The notes under the pieces: generated by a model
Seen by the model: only the letters and a program-made list of their open reading frames with translations
What the model was told of the DNA's origin: nothing
The model's database searches: none
Made by a program: the position numbers and the translations under genes
Shown here: positions 1 to 9,204 of the stretch, piece after piece
Numbering within the stretch: position 1 is the first letter of the stretch
Layout of the letters: each line of letters starts with the position of its first letter
From: an uncultured Candidatus Saccharibacteria bacterium
Lineage (GTDB): Bacteria; Patescibacteriota; Doudnabacteria; UBA920
Assembly: GCA_964532425.1 (NCBI GenBank)
Contig: CAZHIA010000007.1
Span: 64,008-128,007, forward strand
Direction of reading: 5' to 3'
Length of the DNA stretch: 64,000 nucleotides

Positions 1-2
1 GT

Positions 3-1115
3 TTTCTCTATAAGAATTTTTACGGCCATAATGTTTCCGCATCCGCGGCGTTGCTCGAAACAGCGGCTGGGGGCCGCCAGGCTGCAGTGCGGCCATCCAT
101 GCTGCCGTCCGTGCTTCGGGCATACAGCCAGCGCAAAGTTTATGAACAGTCGCCTTTGTCCAAGTGGTCATATGCGGGGTTGGTTGCCAAACAAGGATCC
201 AAAAAGGATACGGTAGATGAAGACTTTGAGTTTGGTTTCGAGGTTCTCGGGACGTTCAACCACCTGACAGAAGCGCAAGTGGTTGGCGCGGTCTGGGACC
301 TGATGGGGATGTTGGGAGTTAAGGATATTATTTTAGAGATCAACAATATCGGCAAGCCTGAGTGTCAAGCGGCGTATCAGGAAACCCTGACAGACTTTTT
401 GGCGAGCCGTAAGTATGATCTGTGCGATAGCTGCGTCGACAGCCTTTCGAGCCGGCCACTGAATGTTTTCCGCTGCTCGAATCTGGATTGCCAGGCTATT
501 GTCAGCGAAGCGCCGACGATTCTCGATTTTCTCGACCAGGAATCCCACAAGCACTTCACCAACATTTTGGAAGCTCTCGACGAGCTTGGAATTCCATACC
601 AACTAAATCCGTTTTTGGCCGGACCCGAAGGCCACAGCCAGACGAATTTTATCATCAAGTATAAGCAGAAGGACGCGACGGTGGTGGTGGGCGAGGGGGG
701 ATACCATGAAGGCCTCATGCAGTCCATATGCGGCAAGAATTTTTGCTGCTTCGGTTTTACCGGATCTTTGACTGCTATTCGGAAAATTCTGGAATTGACC
801 AAGACCACTGCAGACCGCGAGATTAAGAACGACGTATTTTTAGTGCCACTCGGGGAGCTGGCTGCCAAGAAGAGCCTGCGTCTGTTCCGTGACCTTACGG
901 GCGAACGGATTTCCGTGTATGACCATTTCGGAAATGTCGGGGTAAAGAACCAGCTCAAGCAGGCGGAAGTGTACAAAGCCCCTATAGCGCTGATTATGGG
1001 TCAGAAAGAAGCGGTTGATGAGATGGTGATACTTCGTGACGTCAAATCAGGAATGCAAGAAGTCATTTCATATGATAAAATAGTAGAAGAAGTAAAGAAG
1101 CGGCTTGGCCGCTGA
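3..1115 (+). CDS. hisS: histidine--tRNA ligase, C-terminal ~370 aa (5' end lies upstream of window)
   Basis: The frame is open to the window edge. A class II aaRS motif-3-like GEGGYHEGL...FGFTGSL and a C-terminal anticodon-binding-like domain are present. The insertion domain contains a Cys4 cluster (CDSC...C-x4-C). Confidence 0.7.
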   Translation, partial: FLYKNFYGHNVSASAALLETAAGGRQAAVRPSMLPSVLRAYSQRKVYEQSPLSKWSYAGLVAKQGSKKDTVDEDFEFGFEVLGTFNHLTEAQVVGAVWDLMGMLGVKDIILEINNIGKPECQAAYQETLTDFLASRKYDLCDSCVDSLSSRPLNVFRCSNLDCQAIVSEAPTILDFLDQESHKHFTNILEALDELGIPYQLNPFLAGPEGHSQTNFIIKYKQKDATVVVGEGGYHEGLMQSICGKNFCCFGFTGSLTAIRKILELTKTTADREIKNDVFLVPLGELAAKKSLRLFRDLTGERISVYDHFGNVGVKNQLKQAEVYKAPIALIMGQKEAVDEMVILRDVKSGMQEVISYDKIVEEVKKRLGR

Positions 1116-1206
1116 TCTGACATTTGACATGTAACATGTGACATTTGACTTTGACCTCTGCGGGTCAAATGTCAATTGTCAAAGGTCAAAGGTTTCTGAA
1201 ATTTCT
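1116..1206 (+). promoter_or_regulatory. conserved leader element, copy A (upstream of HIT gene)
   Basis: It fills the whole intergenic gap. It has TTGAC-containing 9-mer repeats (ACATTTGAC), ATGTCAC-type heptamers here in inverted orientation, and the hairpin TTTGACC...GGTCAAA. It ends GTCAAAGGTCAAAGGTTTCT before the ATG. Confidence 0.5.
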
Positions 1207-1548
1207 ATGCCCGAACAAGATTGCGTATTTTGCAACATCGTAAACCATACCCTGGACTCGGAAGTATTATTCGAGAATGACCGTATTTTCGTCATTCGCG
1301 ACATCTTGCCTAAGGCCCCGGTACACTTGCTGATTATTCCGAAAAAACACATCTTATCCATCAACCACCTTGCTGAGGAAGATTTTCCCCTCGTCGGTGA
1401 GATGATGTCCGTGGCCAAGCAGATGGGGGAGAAGTATGGAGTCTCGGAGACTGGGTACAAATTGATTTTCAACGTCGGCCGGGACGGTGGCATGGTTATT
1501 CCGCACCTCCACTTGCACCTGCTCGGGGGGAAGAATTTGGGGGAGTAA
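1207..1548 (+). CDS. HIT family hydrolase
   Basis: It carries the histidine-triad motif HLHLHLLGG near the C-terminus and has a typical HIT length and fold pattern. The start was chosen at the ATG that follows the conserved leader element. Confidence 0.8.
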   Translation: MPEQDCVFCNIVNHTLDSEVLFENDRIFVIRDILPKAPVHLLIIPKKHILSINHLAEEDFPLVGEMMSVAKQMGEKYGVSETGYKLIFNVGRDGGMVIPHLHLHLLGGKNLGE

Positions 1549-1584
1549 GGGAATAACAATAACTATAACTATAAGGATAACAAT

Positions 1585-1610
1585 AACCGCGGTGAGAGCT
1601 GCGGTTATTT
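1585..1610 (+). terminator. terminator-like hairpin after HIT gene
   Basis: The hairpin AACCGCGG-tgagagct-GCGGTT is followed by ATTT. Confidence 0.45.
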
Positions 1611-1868
1611 AGTGGAAAATTGGATAGTAATTCGGCTTAGGTTGTTCGGCAGAGCGGCGCGTATCGGCACGCGTCTTATGGCAAGCGGCTCGCTCCACGC
1701 TTCGTTTTCCAAATTCCGATACGCACCGCTCTGCCGATAAACGATTTCCGATGGTCCATTTGACCTATTTCATGCAATATAGTATAGTTATGTAAGAAAT
1801 CCTAAATCTTATATTAACTTTTAGAGCTGGAGATTAGGATTACATATTACAGAAAGAGGTGATACGTA

Positions 1869-2105
1869 ATGGTAGAGGTCAAGAAGAAAGAGAACGAATC
1901 TTTTGAAAGCCTGCTCCGCCGCTTTAATCGCAAGATCCAGCAAAGCGGTGTTTTGGTGCGCGCCCGCAAGATCCGTTTTTTTGAATCCCCGAAAAGCCGC
2001 AACCTGCAAAAGGTTGCCGCCCGCCGCAGAAGCCAGATTAAGGCCCAGAAGGAAGAGCTGAAGCGCATGGGCAAGCCGGCGCCGAGAAAATTCGGACGAA
2101 GATAG
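1869..2105 (+). CDS. rpsU: 30S ribosomal protein bS21
   Basis: It is a basic 78-aa protein with the LRRFNRK...RKxxAARR pattern typical of bS21, and it sits next to yqeY as in many genomes. Confidence 0.85.
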   Translation: MVEVKKKENESFESLLRRFNRKIQQSGVLVRARKIRFFESPKSRNLQKVAARRRSQIKAQKEELKRMGKPAPRKFGRR

Positions 2106-2222
2106 AATCATTTATAGCTAGTTCACGGATACGCGGATAGCACGGAAAACGCTGATACATTGTGCGGTTAATTCCGCGAAATTAGCGACATCCGCGTATC
2201 AGCGAGATAACTATATTATTTC

Positions 2223-2663
2223 ATGGTTACACTCCAACAAATCGAAGAAGAAATTAAAACCGCCCTCAAGGCCCGGGACCGGGTTGCTGCAGATACGCTG
2301 CGCGGCCTTAAAGTGCGCATCCAAAACGAGAAGATAGCCAAAATGCGGGACTTGTCCGACGACGAGCTAACGGCTTTGGTGAAATCCGAGATAAAACGCC
2401 GCAAGGAAGCGGCCGAGGCTTTTGTCAGTGGTAATAGGCAGGATATGGCGGACAAGGAATTGGCGGAATCGGCAATTTTGGAAAAATTCCTGCCCGAGCA
2501 GATGACTGAGGAACAGTTGAAGGCAATCATCGACCAAGCCGTTACTGAACAGGGTTACGCGTCCCAAGATTTCGGCAAAGCCATGGGATACTTGAAAGCC
2601 AAGGTGGGCCAGGCAGCCGATGGGGCTATGCTCGCCAAATTGTTGAAAGAAAAACTAAAGTAG
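2223..2663 (+). CDS. yqeY: GatB/YqeY domain protein
   Basis: It is 146 aa and shows the YqeY pattern (LKARD...L.T.R.L...I.N.EI...LSD.E....L.KE.K.R.E....F...GR.DLA.KE..E..ILE.FLP). Confidence 0.8.
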   Translation: MVTLQQIEEEIKTALKARDRVAADTLRGLKVRIQNEKIAKMRDLSDDELTALVKSEIKRRKEAAEAFVSGNRQDMADKELAESAILEKFLPEQMTEEQLKAIIDQAVTEQGYASQDFGKAMGYLKAKVGQAADGAMLAKLLKEKLK

Positions 2664-2735
2664 CTTATAGCTTTTAGCTGTCAGCTGATAGTTTTGTTTT
2701 GCTATAAGCTGGTAGCTATAGGCTAAAACCAATAC

Positions 2736-3986
2736 ATGCCCAAGGAACACTACATTACAGGACTCGATATCGGCACCCAGAACATCCGGGTCATTCAGGC
2801 CAAAGTCGCCCACGATACCGGCAATTTAAGCGTCATCGGCGCCAGTGAAGTGCCAGCAAGCGGTATCCGCAAGGGTGTTATTGTTGATATAGAAGAAGCT
2901 GTCTCATCCATTTCCCAGGCTTTGGAGCGCGTTGAGCGCATGACCGGCGTGCCAGTGGAGCGTGCGAACGTTGCCGTGGGTGGTAGCCATATTACCTCTG
3001 TCCCGAGCCATGGAGTTATAGCGGTTTCGCGCGCAGACGGAGAGATTACGGAAAATGACGTTGTCCGCGTGGTTGATGCCTCTCAAGCCATTTCCATTCC
3101 CAATAACCGGGAGGTGCTGCATGTCTTTCCGAAAACATTCATTTTGGACGGCCAGACTGGCATAAAAGATCCGCTGGGCATGACCGGCATCCGCCTGGAA
3201 GTAAACACAATCATTGTCCAAGCTGGGTTGCCGTTCGTGCGCAATTTGACCAAGGCCATAATGCAGGCGGGTTTGGAGATTGATGATCTAGTTTTAGCTC
3301 CCTGTGCGGCTTCGGAGAGCGTTTTAACCAAGCGTCAGAAAGATCTTGGCGTGGCGCTGGTGGATTTGGGTGCTGGCACGACGAGCGTGGCTGTCTACGA
3401 AGAAGGGGATTTGCTCCATACGACAGTCCTGCCGGTCGGCAGCATGCATATTACCAACGATATTGCTATTGGCCTCCGCTGCTCCATTGAGACTGCTGAA
3501 CGTGTGAAGTTGCTCTATGGACACTGTGATCCGCACCTTATCGACAAAATGGAAGAGATTGATTTGAGCAAGATAGATCCGACCGAAGAAGAGCGTGCCA
3601 TGCGCAGCTATGTGGTTGAGATTATCGAAGCCCGTCTTGAGGAGATTTTTGAACATGTTACAGCCGAGCTGAAGAAAATAGGTCGCGATGGCAAATTGCC
3701 GTCCGGCATCGTCCTGACCGGCGGAGGAAGCAAGCTGCCAGGAATTTTGGAATTTACGAAACGGAATTTGCGGCTGCCGGTTTCTTTAGGGAGGCCGCAG
3801 AATATTACGACCATCATTGACCGAGTGGATGATCCGGCGTTTGCTACGGTAACCGGCCTGGTACTGTGGGGTGGCAAGTACGCCTCGTCCGTGGGGGGAG
3901 CGCAGTTCTCCGGTATGGTCAACAAACTCATCCAAAGTCCGAACATGGAAAAAATCCGCAAGTGGTTTAAATCGTTCATGCCTTAA
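2736..3986 (+). CDS. ftsA: cell division protein FtsA
   Basis: It is an actin-fold protein with the LDIGT N-terminus and a DLGAGTT phosphate-2 motif. Its 416-aa length is typical for FtsA. Confidence 0.85.
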   Translation: MPKEHYITGLDIGTQNIRVIQAKVAHDTGNLSVIGASEVPASGIRKGVIVDIEEAVSSISQALERVERMTGVPVERANVAVGGSHITSVPSHGVIAVSRADGEITENDVVRVVDASQAISIPNNREVLHVFPKTFILDGQTGIKDPLGMTGIRLEVNTIIVQAGLPFVRNLTKAIMQAGLEIDDLVLAPCAASESVLTKRQKDLGVALVDLGAGTTSVAVYEEGDLLHTTVLPVGSMHITNDIAIGLRCSIETAERVKLLYGHCDPHLIDKMEEIDLSKIDPTEEERAMRSYVVEIIEARLEEIFEHVTAELKKIGRDGKLPSGIVLTGGGSKLPGILEFTKRNLRLPVSLGRPQNITTIIDRVDDPAFATVTGLVLWGGKYASSVGGAQFSGMVNKLIQSPNMEKIRKWFKSFMP

Positions 3987-4012
3987 AAATCCCGCAAGGG
4001 ATTTTTTATTTT
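3987..4012 (+). terminator. intrinsic terminator after ftsA
   Basis: The hairpin AATCCC-GCAA-GGGATT is followed by TTTTATTTT. Confidence 0.6.
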
Positions 4013-4043
4013 GTAGTGCAGGCCCGTGGCCTGCTCTGTCGGT
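4013..4043. repeat. REP-like palindrome family TGTAGTGCAGGCC-N-GGCCTGC
   Basis: The sequence TGTAGTGCAGGCCCGTGGCCTGCTCTGTCGG recurs at 27326-27352 (reverse complement), 51147-51179 and, partially, 52736-52760, always just downstream of a stop codon. Confidence 0.5.
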
Positions 4044-4088
4044 GTGGTTCCTACACCGCAGGGTAAGTGGTAAACCCTCGACGGTTAA

Positions 4089-4118
4089 TTGTCGATTGTG
4101 GTCCTTTTGTGCTATAAT
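4089..4118 (+). promoter_or_regulatory. putative promoter with extended -10 (TGTGCTATAAT) for the PP2C-domain gene
   Basis: The TGnTATAAT motif is at 4108-4118. The same extended -10 recurs upstream of ftsZ (9196-9204), groES, the 44309 gene and the 59897 gene. Confidence 0.45.
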
Positions 4119-4163
4119 TATGCTAAGTTTTGGTTTTGATCTGAAATAAAAACTGTCTTATTT

Positions 4164-7100
4164 ATGGGCAATGGTCACAATGGGGGTGAAAGGCCATACA
4201 TCAATGGCAATGGCTTTGATTCCTTAAAGGATTTTAAAATTACTCCTTCGGACCCTCAAGAACCCAAAGTAGAGGGTGTTTTACCGTCGGCGGAACAGCA
4301 AGTGTCAGAGGATAGAGTTGAAGCAGGTGCAGAAAACTGGATGTCGTTGATTTCCGATCAGGAACTTGAAAAGGCAGCAGGCCTGATTCACGATTTTGAC
4401 CTTAAAAATAGAAAAGCGCTCAGAGGATATGTTTATAGTCCTGAAGAATTTTGGAACGATTTTGAAGATTCGATATCCGATGAGTTTTTCAGAAATCCTG
4501 CATTCAAGAAAGCCCGGCGCGGCCTAGCTCCGCTGGCGTTACTTGATTTAGTGCGAGAAATAGTGGACGTAAACAAAAATCGGCTAACTGCCGAGTATCA
4601 ATCGACTCCTCCCATTCCGGGGTTTGTCGTTCCGGACTTGGCGGCGGCACAGGCACCGACTGCAGAACCAGCAGCGGGAGAACATGTTGAGCCTGTTCCG
4701 GGCGTGCATGTGGAAGCAGCAAGGCCTGAAGTAAAAGCTAGCGTGGAGCAGCAGAAGGCCTTCCGGGTTTTTATTAAAATATTGCAAGAAAAGCAAGCCA
4801 AGCAGGGAATTCGTACAATCGACGATAAGATCAGAAATTTTGAGGAAGCACTTCAGGAAGGATCGGTGAAAGCGGGAATGGCTGAGGATGCACTCCTGGC
4901 TATGCTCTACGAATTGTCCAGCCGCCAGCGCGAGTATGAGGAAGTGGTAGGAGCGATTGGCAATATGGATGCACCTGCGCGAAGACGACAGTTGGTCGGC
5001 CAGCTTATTACCTTGCTGGACCAGCAGTATGGCGCGGAAGCGGGTGAACAGGAAGCGGCTGAGTCCGGGCATGAGGCAGAAATCTTGCAGCAGGGAGAAA
5101 GCTACATCGTCGTACCCGGAGATCGCGGAGGCAGGAGGATGGTCGCTGATTTCCCGTCCGCGGAAGGCAGTGCGCGTTTTTCCGTTCCCGTTCCTGAATC
5201 GATGAACCTTGATACGCCTGATCAGGCGAATGATTTTTACAATTTTGTATATGAATTCCTTCTTGCCAATGTCCCTCCGGGCGGCCGGGGGGAAATTAGC
5301 CGTTTGAGCCGCGATGAGTACCGCAAGCTGGTGCACGCCTGGAATGTCCGCAAGCAGCCGCAAGCGAGACCAGTCCCGGCAAAACCGGCAGTAGTGCGGC
5401 TCATGCCTACTGCCCCAAAGCCCCCGCAAGCTGCAGAAGCGACGAGAGATCGGTTTGGTACGGCTAACGAAATTTATATGGAGATCAAGCCGAGGGTTGT
5501 GAAAATTCCTCAGGGGACGATCGGCGTATTTGTTGACAAAGGGGTTGAACGCGACTACCAGGAAGATCGTGCCGTCATCAACTCAGAAAAACTGGCCTTT
5601 GCTTCAGTTGATGGTATGGGCGGGATGGGAGAAAAGGGGTCTGGAGCATGGGCGGCACAGATGGCGGCTGAATGGTTCCATCGCGGTTTTGAGCAAGGCT
5701 TGTCATTCGAAGAGATTCAAGACCGGATCCACACTGCCCTGAAGGACTACGAAAAAGATAAGGACAAGAAAGGGGCCGGGATCTGTTATATTGCTGCCCG
5801 CATCGAGGGAAAAATGTTGAAGGGTGCCCAGGCGGGAGATGTCCGGCTGTTCGTTATTCGGAATGGTGTGATTGCATTTACTACCAAAGATCAGAATAAT
5901 GCAAACATTGGCCGTCCGAATGAAGTGACGAATGCAGTCAGTGGCGAGGATCGCGGCGAAACGATTGCATTCGAGTTTCCGCTTGAGCCTGGCGACCGGG
6001 TCGTTATGGCTTCCGACGGTCTTACCGGCAATCTAAGCAACGAACAGGTGGCAGCTTTGGTTCAGTACAAGAACACCGAGGAAGCCTTAGATGTTTTGCG
6101 GACCGAATCTGCACGCTTGATGGGTCAAAAAGACGGCAAGAAGGACAATATCAATGTCGTCATTTTTGATTACAACCCCGTTCAGCCGCCAGCTCCGGAA
6201 CCTGCTCCTGCAGCCGGACCGAAAAAGTTGGTGCCTGGCAAGATCAATAAACCTGCACCGACTTCTGCCCCTGTTGTGGCAGCCGTGGAAGCAGTCCCCA
6301 AAGCGGCTCCGGCAGAAACCGAACAACAGGCGAGCGAGAGGCTTTCGCGTGCAGCTGAACAATGCATTGCCGTTTTGCAGCAGGTGGGCAGGGAGCTACA
6401 AAGTGGCTTACCTTTCATGGAAGGTAGTGACCGGGTTGATCGTGCATTGGAAGAATGGGTGGCAGCTCGGGGTGATTTTCATAAGCATACACAAGCTGTC
6501 CGTAATTTGATTAGAGAACAGTCAAAAAATATCGAAGAAGCCTGGAAGGTTGTGGAAGAAACTATTAAGAAGAAAGAGCGGGAAGAGAAGCGGGTAGCTT
6601 CTGAGGCTGTGCCGGTTGAGCCTGCTGTTACTGGCGGCGAAGCTCCGGCTGATGGCGAGCCAAAAAAGAATGGCGACAAACTACCGCGCAATATCCGGGA
6701 TCTGATCCGTGACAACCAGCTTTCGCCCGATGAATTGACCTCGTTCTGCGAAAAGAGGTCGCTTGATCCTATTGCAACCTTCAAAAAAGCCCTAGACTAC
6801 GCCGGGTGCCCGGATGATCTGATTCAAGAGGCATCTTCAATGGACAAGTCTGAGGAAGCGCTTGCCCACTTATTTGCTCGGGTTATGGGCCTGCGCCGCG
6901 CCTCGTTCAGATCACACATGGGTCGTGGCGGCGAGGATGTTACGGACGTCGATGCTAAGACCCAAAATAATTTATATAACAATCTAGCTTCCCAATACCG
7001 AAGAGTGTGGCAGGAATATAAGGAGCGAGTACTGCCAGTTCATAGTCCGGAGCCTCCACCTCTTCATGAAGCCGTGCCGCCCGAACCTCCTAAACCACCG

Positions 7101-7460
7101 GAAAAAAGGAAGGAGCACGTGGAAAACTCCGGAGTCCTGCCGAACCGGGCGCAGTACGAAATATTTCCGGCAAGATCGCGTTTGGAGATTAATCTGCCGG
7201 CAAATGCTAGCCTGACGGAAACAATAGTGCAGCTGCTTCGGGAACATCCGGAATTAATCTCAGTATTCGGAGGCACGGGCGATCCCGCAGAGGCGGCACA
7301 GAAATGGTTTGCCGAGTACGCTGCCAGTTACGGCAGGCGGGGAGAGAAGGCGACGCAGTTTGATCGGAGTATCAGCGGCCTCGAAGTCAGTCTGGTCGGC
7401 GGCAAAGCCAGGGTCAACAGACTTTATAGCGCAAAAATTAGGAAACCAACAATTAGTTAA
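4164..7460 (+). CDS. large multidomain protein with central PP2C-type Ser/Thr phosphatase domain
   Basis: PPM motifs are present: DYQED, FASVDGMGGMG, VMASDGLTG and DNINVVIFD. The N- and C-terminal regions are long and Pro/Ala/Glu-rich with no recognisable domains. Confidence 0.6.
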   Translation: MGNGHNGGERPYINGNGFDSLKDFKITPSDPQEPKVEGVLPSAEQQVSEDRVEAGAENWMSLISDQELEKAAGLIHDFDLKNRKALRGYVYSPEEFWNDFEDSISDEFFRNPAFKKARRGLAPLALLDLVREIVDVNKNRLTAEYQSTPPIPGFVVPDLAAAQAPTAEPAAGEHVEPVPGVHVEAARPEVKASVEQQKAFRVFIKILQEKQAKQGIRTIDDKIRNFEEALQEGSVKAGMAEDALLAMLYELSSRQREYEEVVGAIGNMDAPARRRQLVGQLITLLDQQYGAEAGEQEAAESGHEAEILQQGESYIVVPGDRGGRRMVADFPSAEGSARFSVPVPESMNLDTPDQANDFYNFVYEFLLANVPPGGRGEISRLSRDEYRKLVHAWNVRKQPQARPVPAKPAVVRLMPTAPKPPQAAEATRDRFGTANEIYMEIKPRVVKIPQGTIGVFVDKGVERDYQEDRAVINSEKLAFASVDGMGGMGEKGSGAWAAQMAAEWFHRGFEQGLSFEEIQDRIHTALKDYEKDKDKKGAGICYIAARIEGKMLKGAQAGDVRLFVIRNGVIAFTTKDQNNANIGRPNEVTNAVSGEDRGETIAFEFPLEPGDRVVMASDGLTGNLSNEQVAALVQYKNTEEALDVLRTESARLMGQKDGKKDNINVVIFDYNPVQPPAPEPAPAAGPKKLVPGKINKPAPTSAPVVAAVEAVPKAAPAETEQQASERLSRAAEQCIAVLQQVGRELQSGLPFMEGSDRVDRALEEWVAARGDFHKHTQAVRNLIREQSKNIEEAWKVVEETIKKKEREEKRVASEAVPVEPAVTGGEAPADGEPKKNGDKLPRNIRDLIRDNQLSPDELTSFCEKRSLDPIATFKKALDYAGCPDDLIQEASSMDKSEEALAHLFARVMGLRRASFRSHMGRGGEDVTDVDAKTQNNLYNNLASQYRRVWQEYKERVLPVHSPEPPPLHEAVPPEPPKPPEKRKEHVENSGVLPNRAQYEIFPARSRLEINLPANASLTETIVQLLREHPELISVFGGTGDPAEAAQKWFAEYAASYGRRGEKATQFDRSISGLEVSLVGGKARVNRLYSAKIRKPTIS

Positions 7461-7471
7461 TTTTAAGCACT

Positions 7472-8611
7472 ATGTTTTACTCCATATTGCCAAATGAAGC
7501 CCGGGATGCAACCAGGAGCGCGCCAGTCGAGCGCCAACCGGAAGGTTTTGATCCCGAAAAAGCCCTCGACACTCCAGGGTTCGCTGCTTTTTATACGGAG
7601 GTCTTAAACAAGCGTGGGGAACAACTGGATCCAGAAGAGGTCGACCGGGCTGACATGGAAACATGCTTTAAGGCTTTTCAGGCGAAAAAGACCATTATTG
7701 CCGGCTATGAAAAGATCTATCGCGACGATTTTAAAGAGCGGTTTGGCGTCGTGATGAACAAGAAGGACCTGGAAGCCGTGTCTCGCGTCATCGAAGAAAA
7801 GATCAAGGAAGAACCGGGTGAAGTTCTGCAGATGCAGGCTAATTTGGAGACCATGGTCCAGAACGCCCGGTTCATGGATCAAAAACGGAAGAATCTTGCG
7901 AATTATTACAGTAAAGAGGAACTGCAAAACCGCCGGGTTGAGCGCGAGGAAGCTCTGCGCCGGGAGGAGGAAGGCTTGCGGGAGCGAGAGAAGCGGGGTT
8001 TTTGGGGATGGGAGATTGGCTCAAAAACAAAGCGTGGTTACCGCAAGGATATTAAAAAGATCGAGGGTGAGTTGGTGGCAATAGAGCATGCTTTGGCTGT
8101 CCATGCTAACTATGAGATAAGCAAGCGGGAACTGGAAGATGCACGAATGGAAGTGTTCGAGATGGCGGAAATGGCCGATGAAGTGCATGAGAAAGCTAAA
8201 GAGGTGCTGCTGAAGGAATTTGCCGATCTGAATAAACCGGTAGACCGGTTACATGGGTTGCTCGATAAGCTCGACAAAATAGAAAAAGATGCAGACAGTA
8301 CAAACCGTCCGTTGCTCGAATTAGATGAGATCGAGAATGTCCGCACCGAGCTTCAGGATACAATTGAGGATAAAGTCACCGAGGAGCTGCGGAAGGCTAT
8401 AAAAAGCATTCCCGACACTTCATCCTTAACGCTGAAGCGGGTTAACATGGCCCTTGCCAGTTTTATGAAGCGCCAGGAACGAGTGGGTATGAAGAAAGGG
8501 GAGGAAGCCAAGGAATGGGTCAAGCAAATGCTCAGTGAAGTGGCTCAAGAGCCGGGGGTTTCCGACTCGAAGAAATTCTTATTGGCTTATGTGCGTTCAA
8601 AAATAAGCTAA
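7472..8611 (+). CDS. hypothetical charged coiled-coil protein
   Basis: It is a 379-aa ORF rich in E/K/R heptad-like segments and has no recognisable domain. It starts 12 nt after the upstream stop. Confidence 0.45.
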   Translation: MFYSILPNEARDATRSAPVERQPEGFDPEKALDTPGFAAFYTEVLNKRGEQLDPEEVDRADMETCFKAFQAKKTIIAGYEKIYRDDFKERFGVVMNKKDLEAVSRVIEEKIKEEPGEVLQMQANLETMVQNARFMDQKRKNLANYYSKEELQNRRVEREEALRREEEGLREREKRGFWGWEIGSKTKRGYRKDIKKIEGELVAIEHALAVHANYEISKRELEDARMEVFEMAEMADEVHEKAKEVLLKEFADLNKPVDRLHGLLDKLDKIEKDADSTNRPLLELDEIENVRTELQDTIEDKVTEELRKAIKSIPDTSSLTLKRVNMALASFMKRQERVGMKKGEEAKEWVKQMLSEVAQEPGVSDSKKFLLAYVRSKIS

Positions 8612-8616
8612 CGACC

Positions 8617-8895
8617 ATGGACACAAACAAATTTTACGAATTGCTCAAAGCCGGCAAACTCAACGAGGCCAAGGCTTTGCTGGAAGAATACTTCAAGCAG
8701 AAGCCGTCCGAGGAAGAAAAGGCTGCTGTCATGGTGGCCGTGACCGACGCATATGTGCGGGCGAAGAATGAGATCGACCAGGCATATATTCAGGAACTTG
8801 ATGAGGCCGAGCGGCTGCTTAAAGAGATTAAAGCCGACGAGCAAAAGCTTGAAGACCAGCAAAAGCTCGACGAAGCCAGGAAGAACATCGGTTAA
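8617..8895 (+). CDS. hypothetical small coiled-coil protein
   Basis: It is a 92-aa helical, charged ORF that starts 6 nt after the upstream stop and is followed by an intrinsic terminator. Confidence 0.4.
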   Translation: MDTNKFYELLKAGKLNEAKALLEEYFKQKPSEEEKAAVMVAVTDAYVRAKNEIDQAYIQELDEAERLLKEIKADEQKLEDQQKLDEARKNIG

Positions 8896-8912
8896 AAATA
8901 GGATCGTTTAAA

Positions 8913-8946
8913 AAATACCTTCGTGAATACGAAGGTATTTTTTTGT
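8913..8946 (+). terminator. intrinsic terminator
   Basis: The hairpin AAATACCTTCG-tgaat-ACGAAGGTATTT is followed by a T run. Confidence 0.65.
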
Positions 8947-9176
8947 ATTTTATAGTAGCGAAGCTCTTAAATATCAGTTAGTACATAGGTATCAGGTAAA
9001 TCTTTTTATACCCCCTCCCCCTCACTATGTTCGGGTACTCCCCCTAATAGGGGGAGAGTGGTCGCAAAAATTCGGTGTTCCTTCCCTTCTAGGGAAGGTG
9101 TCATCCTCCCTGGCGGATGACGGAAGGGTATCTGAAGTGTGTACTGCGGGTTGGTTCCTCCCAATGTATCATGGCC

Positions 9177-9204
9177 TTCCCAGACCCGGCCATTATGCTA
9201 TAAT
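9177..9204 (+). promoter_or_regulatory. putative ftsZ promoter (TTCCCA ... TGCTATAAT)
   Basis: An extended -10 TGCTATAAT lies about 175 nt upstream of the ftsZ start within a hairpin-rich leader. Confidence 0.4.
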
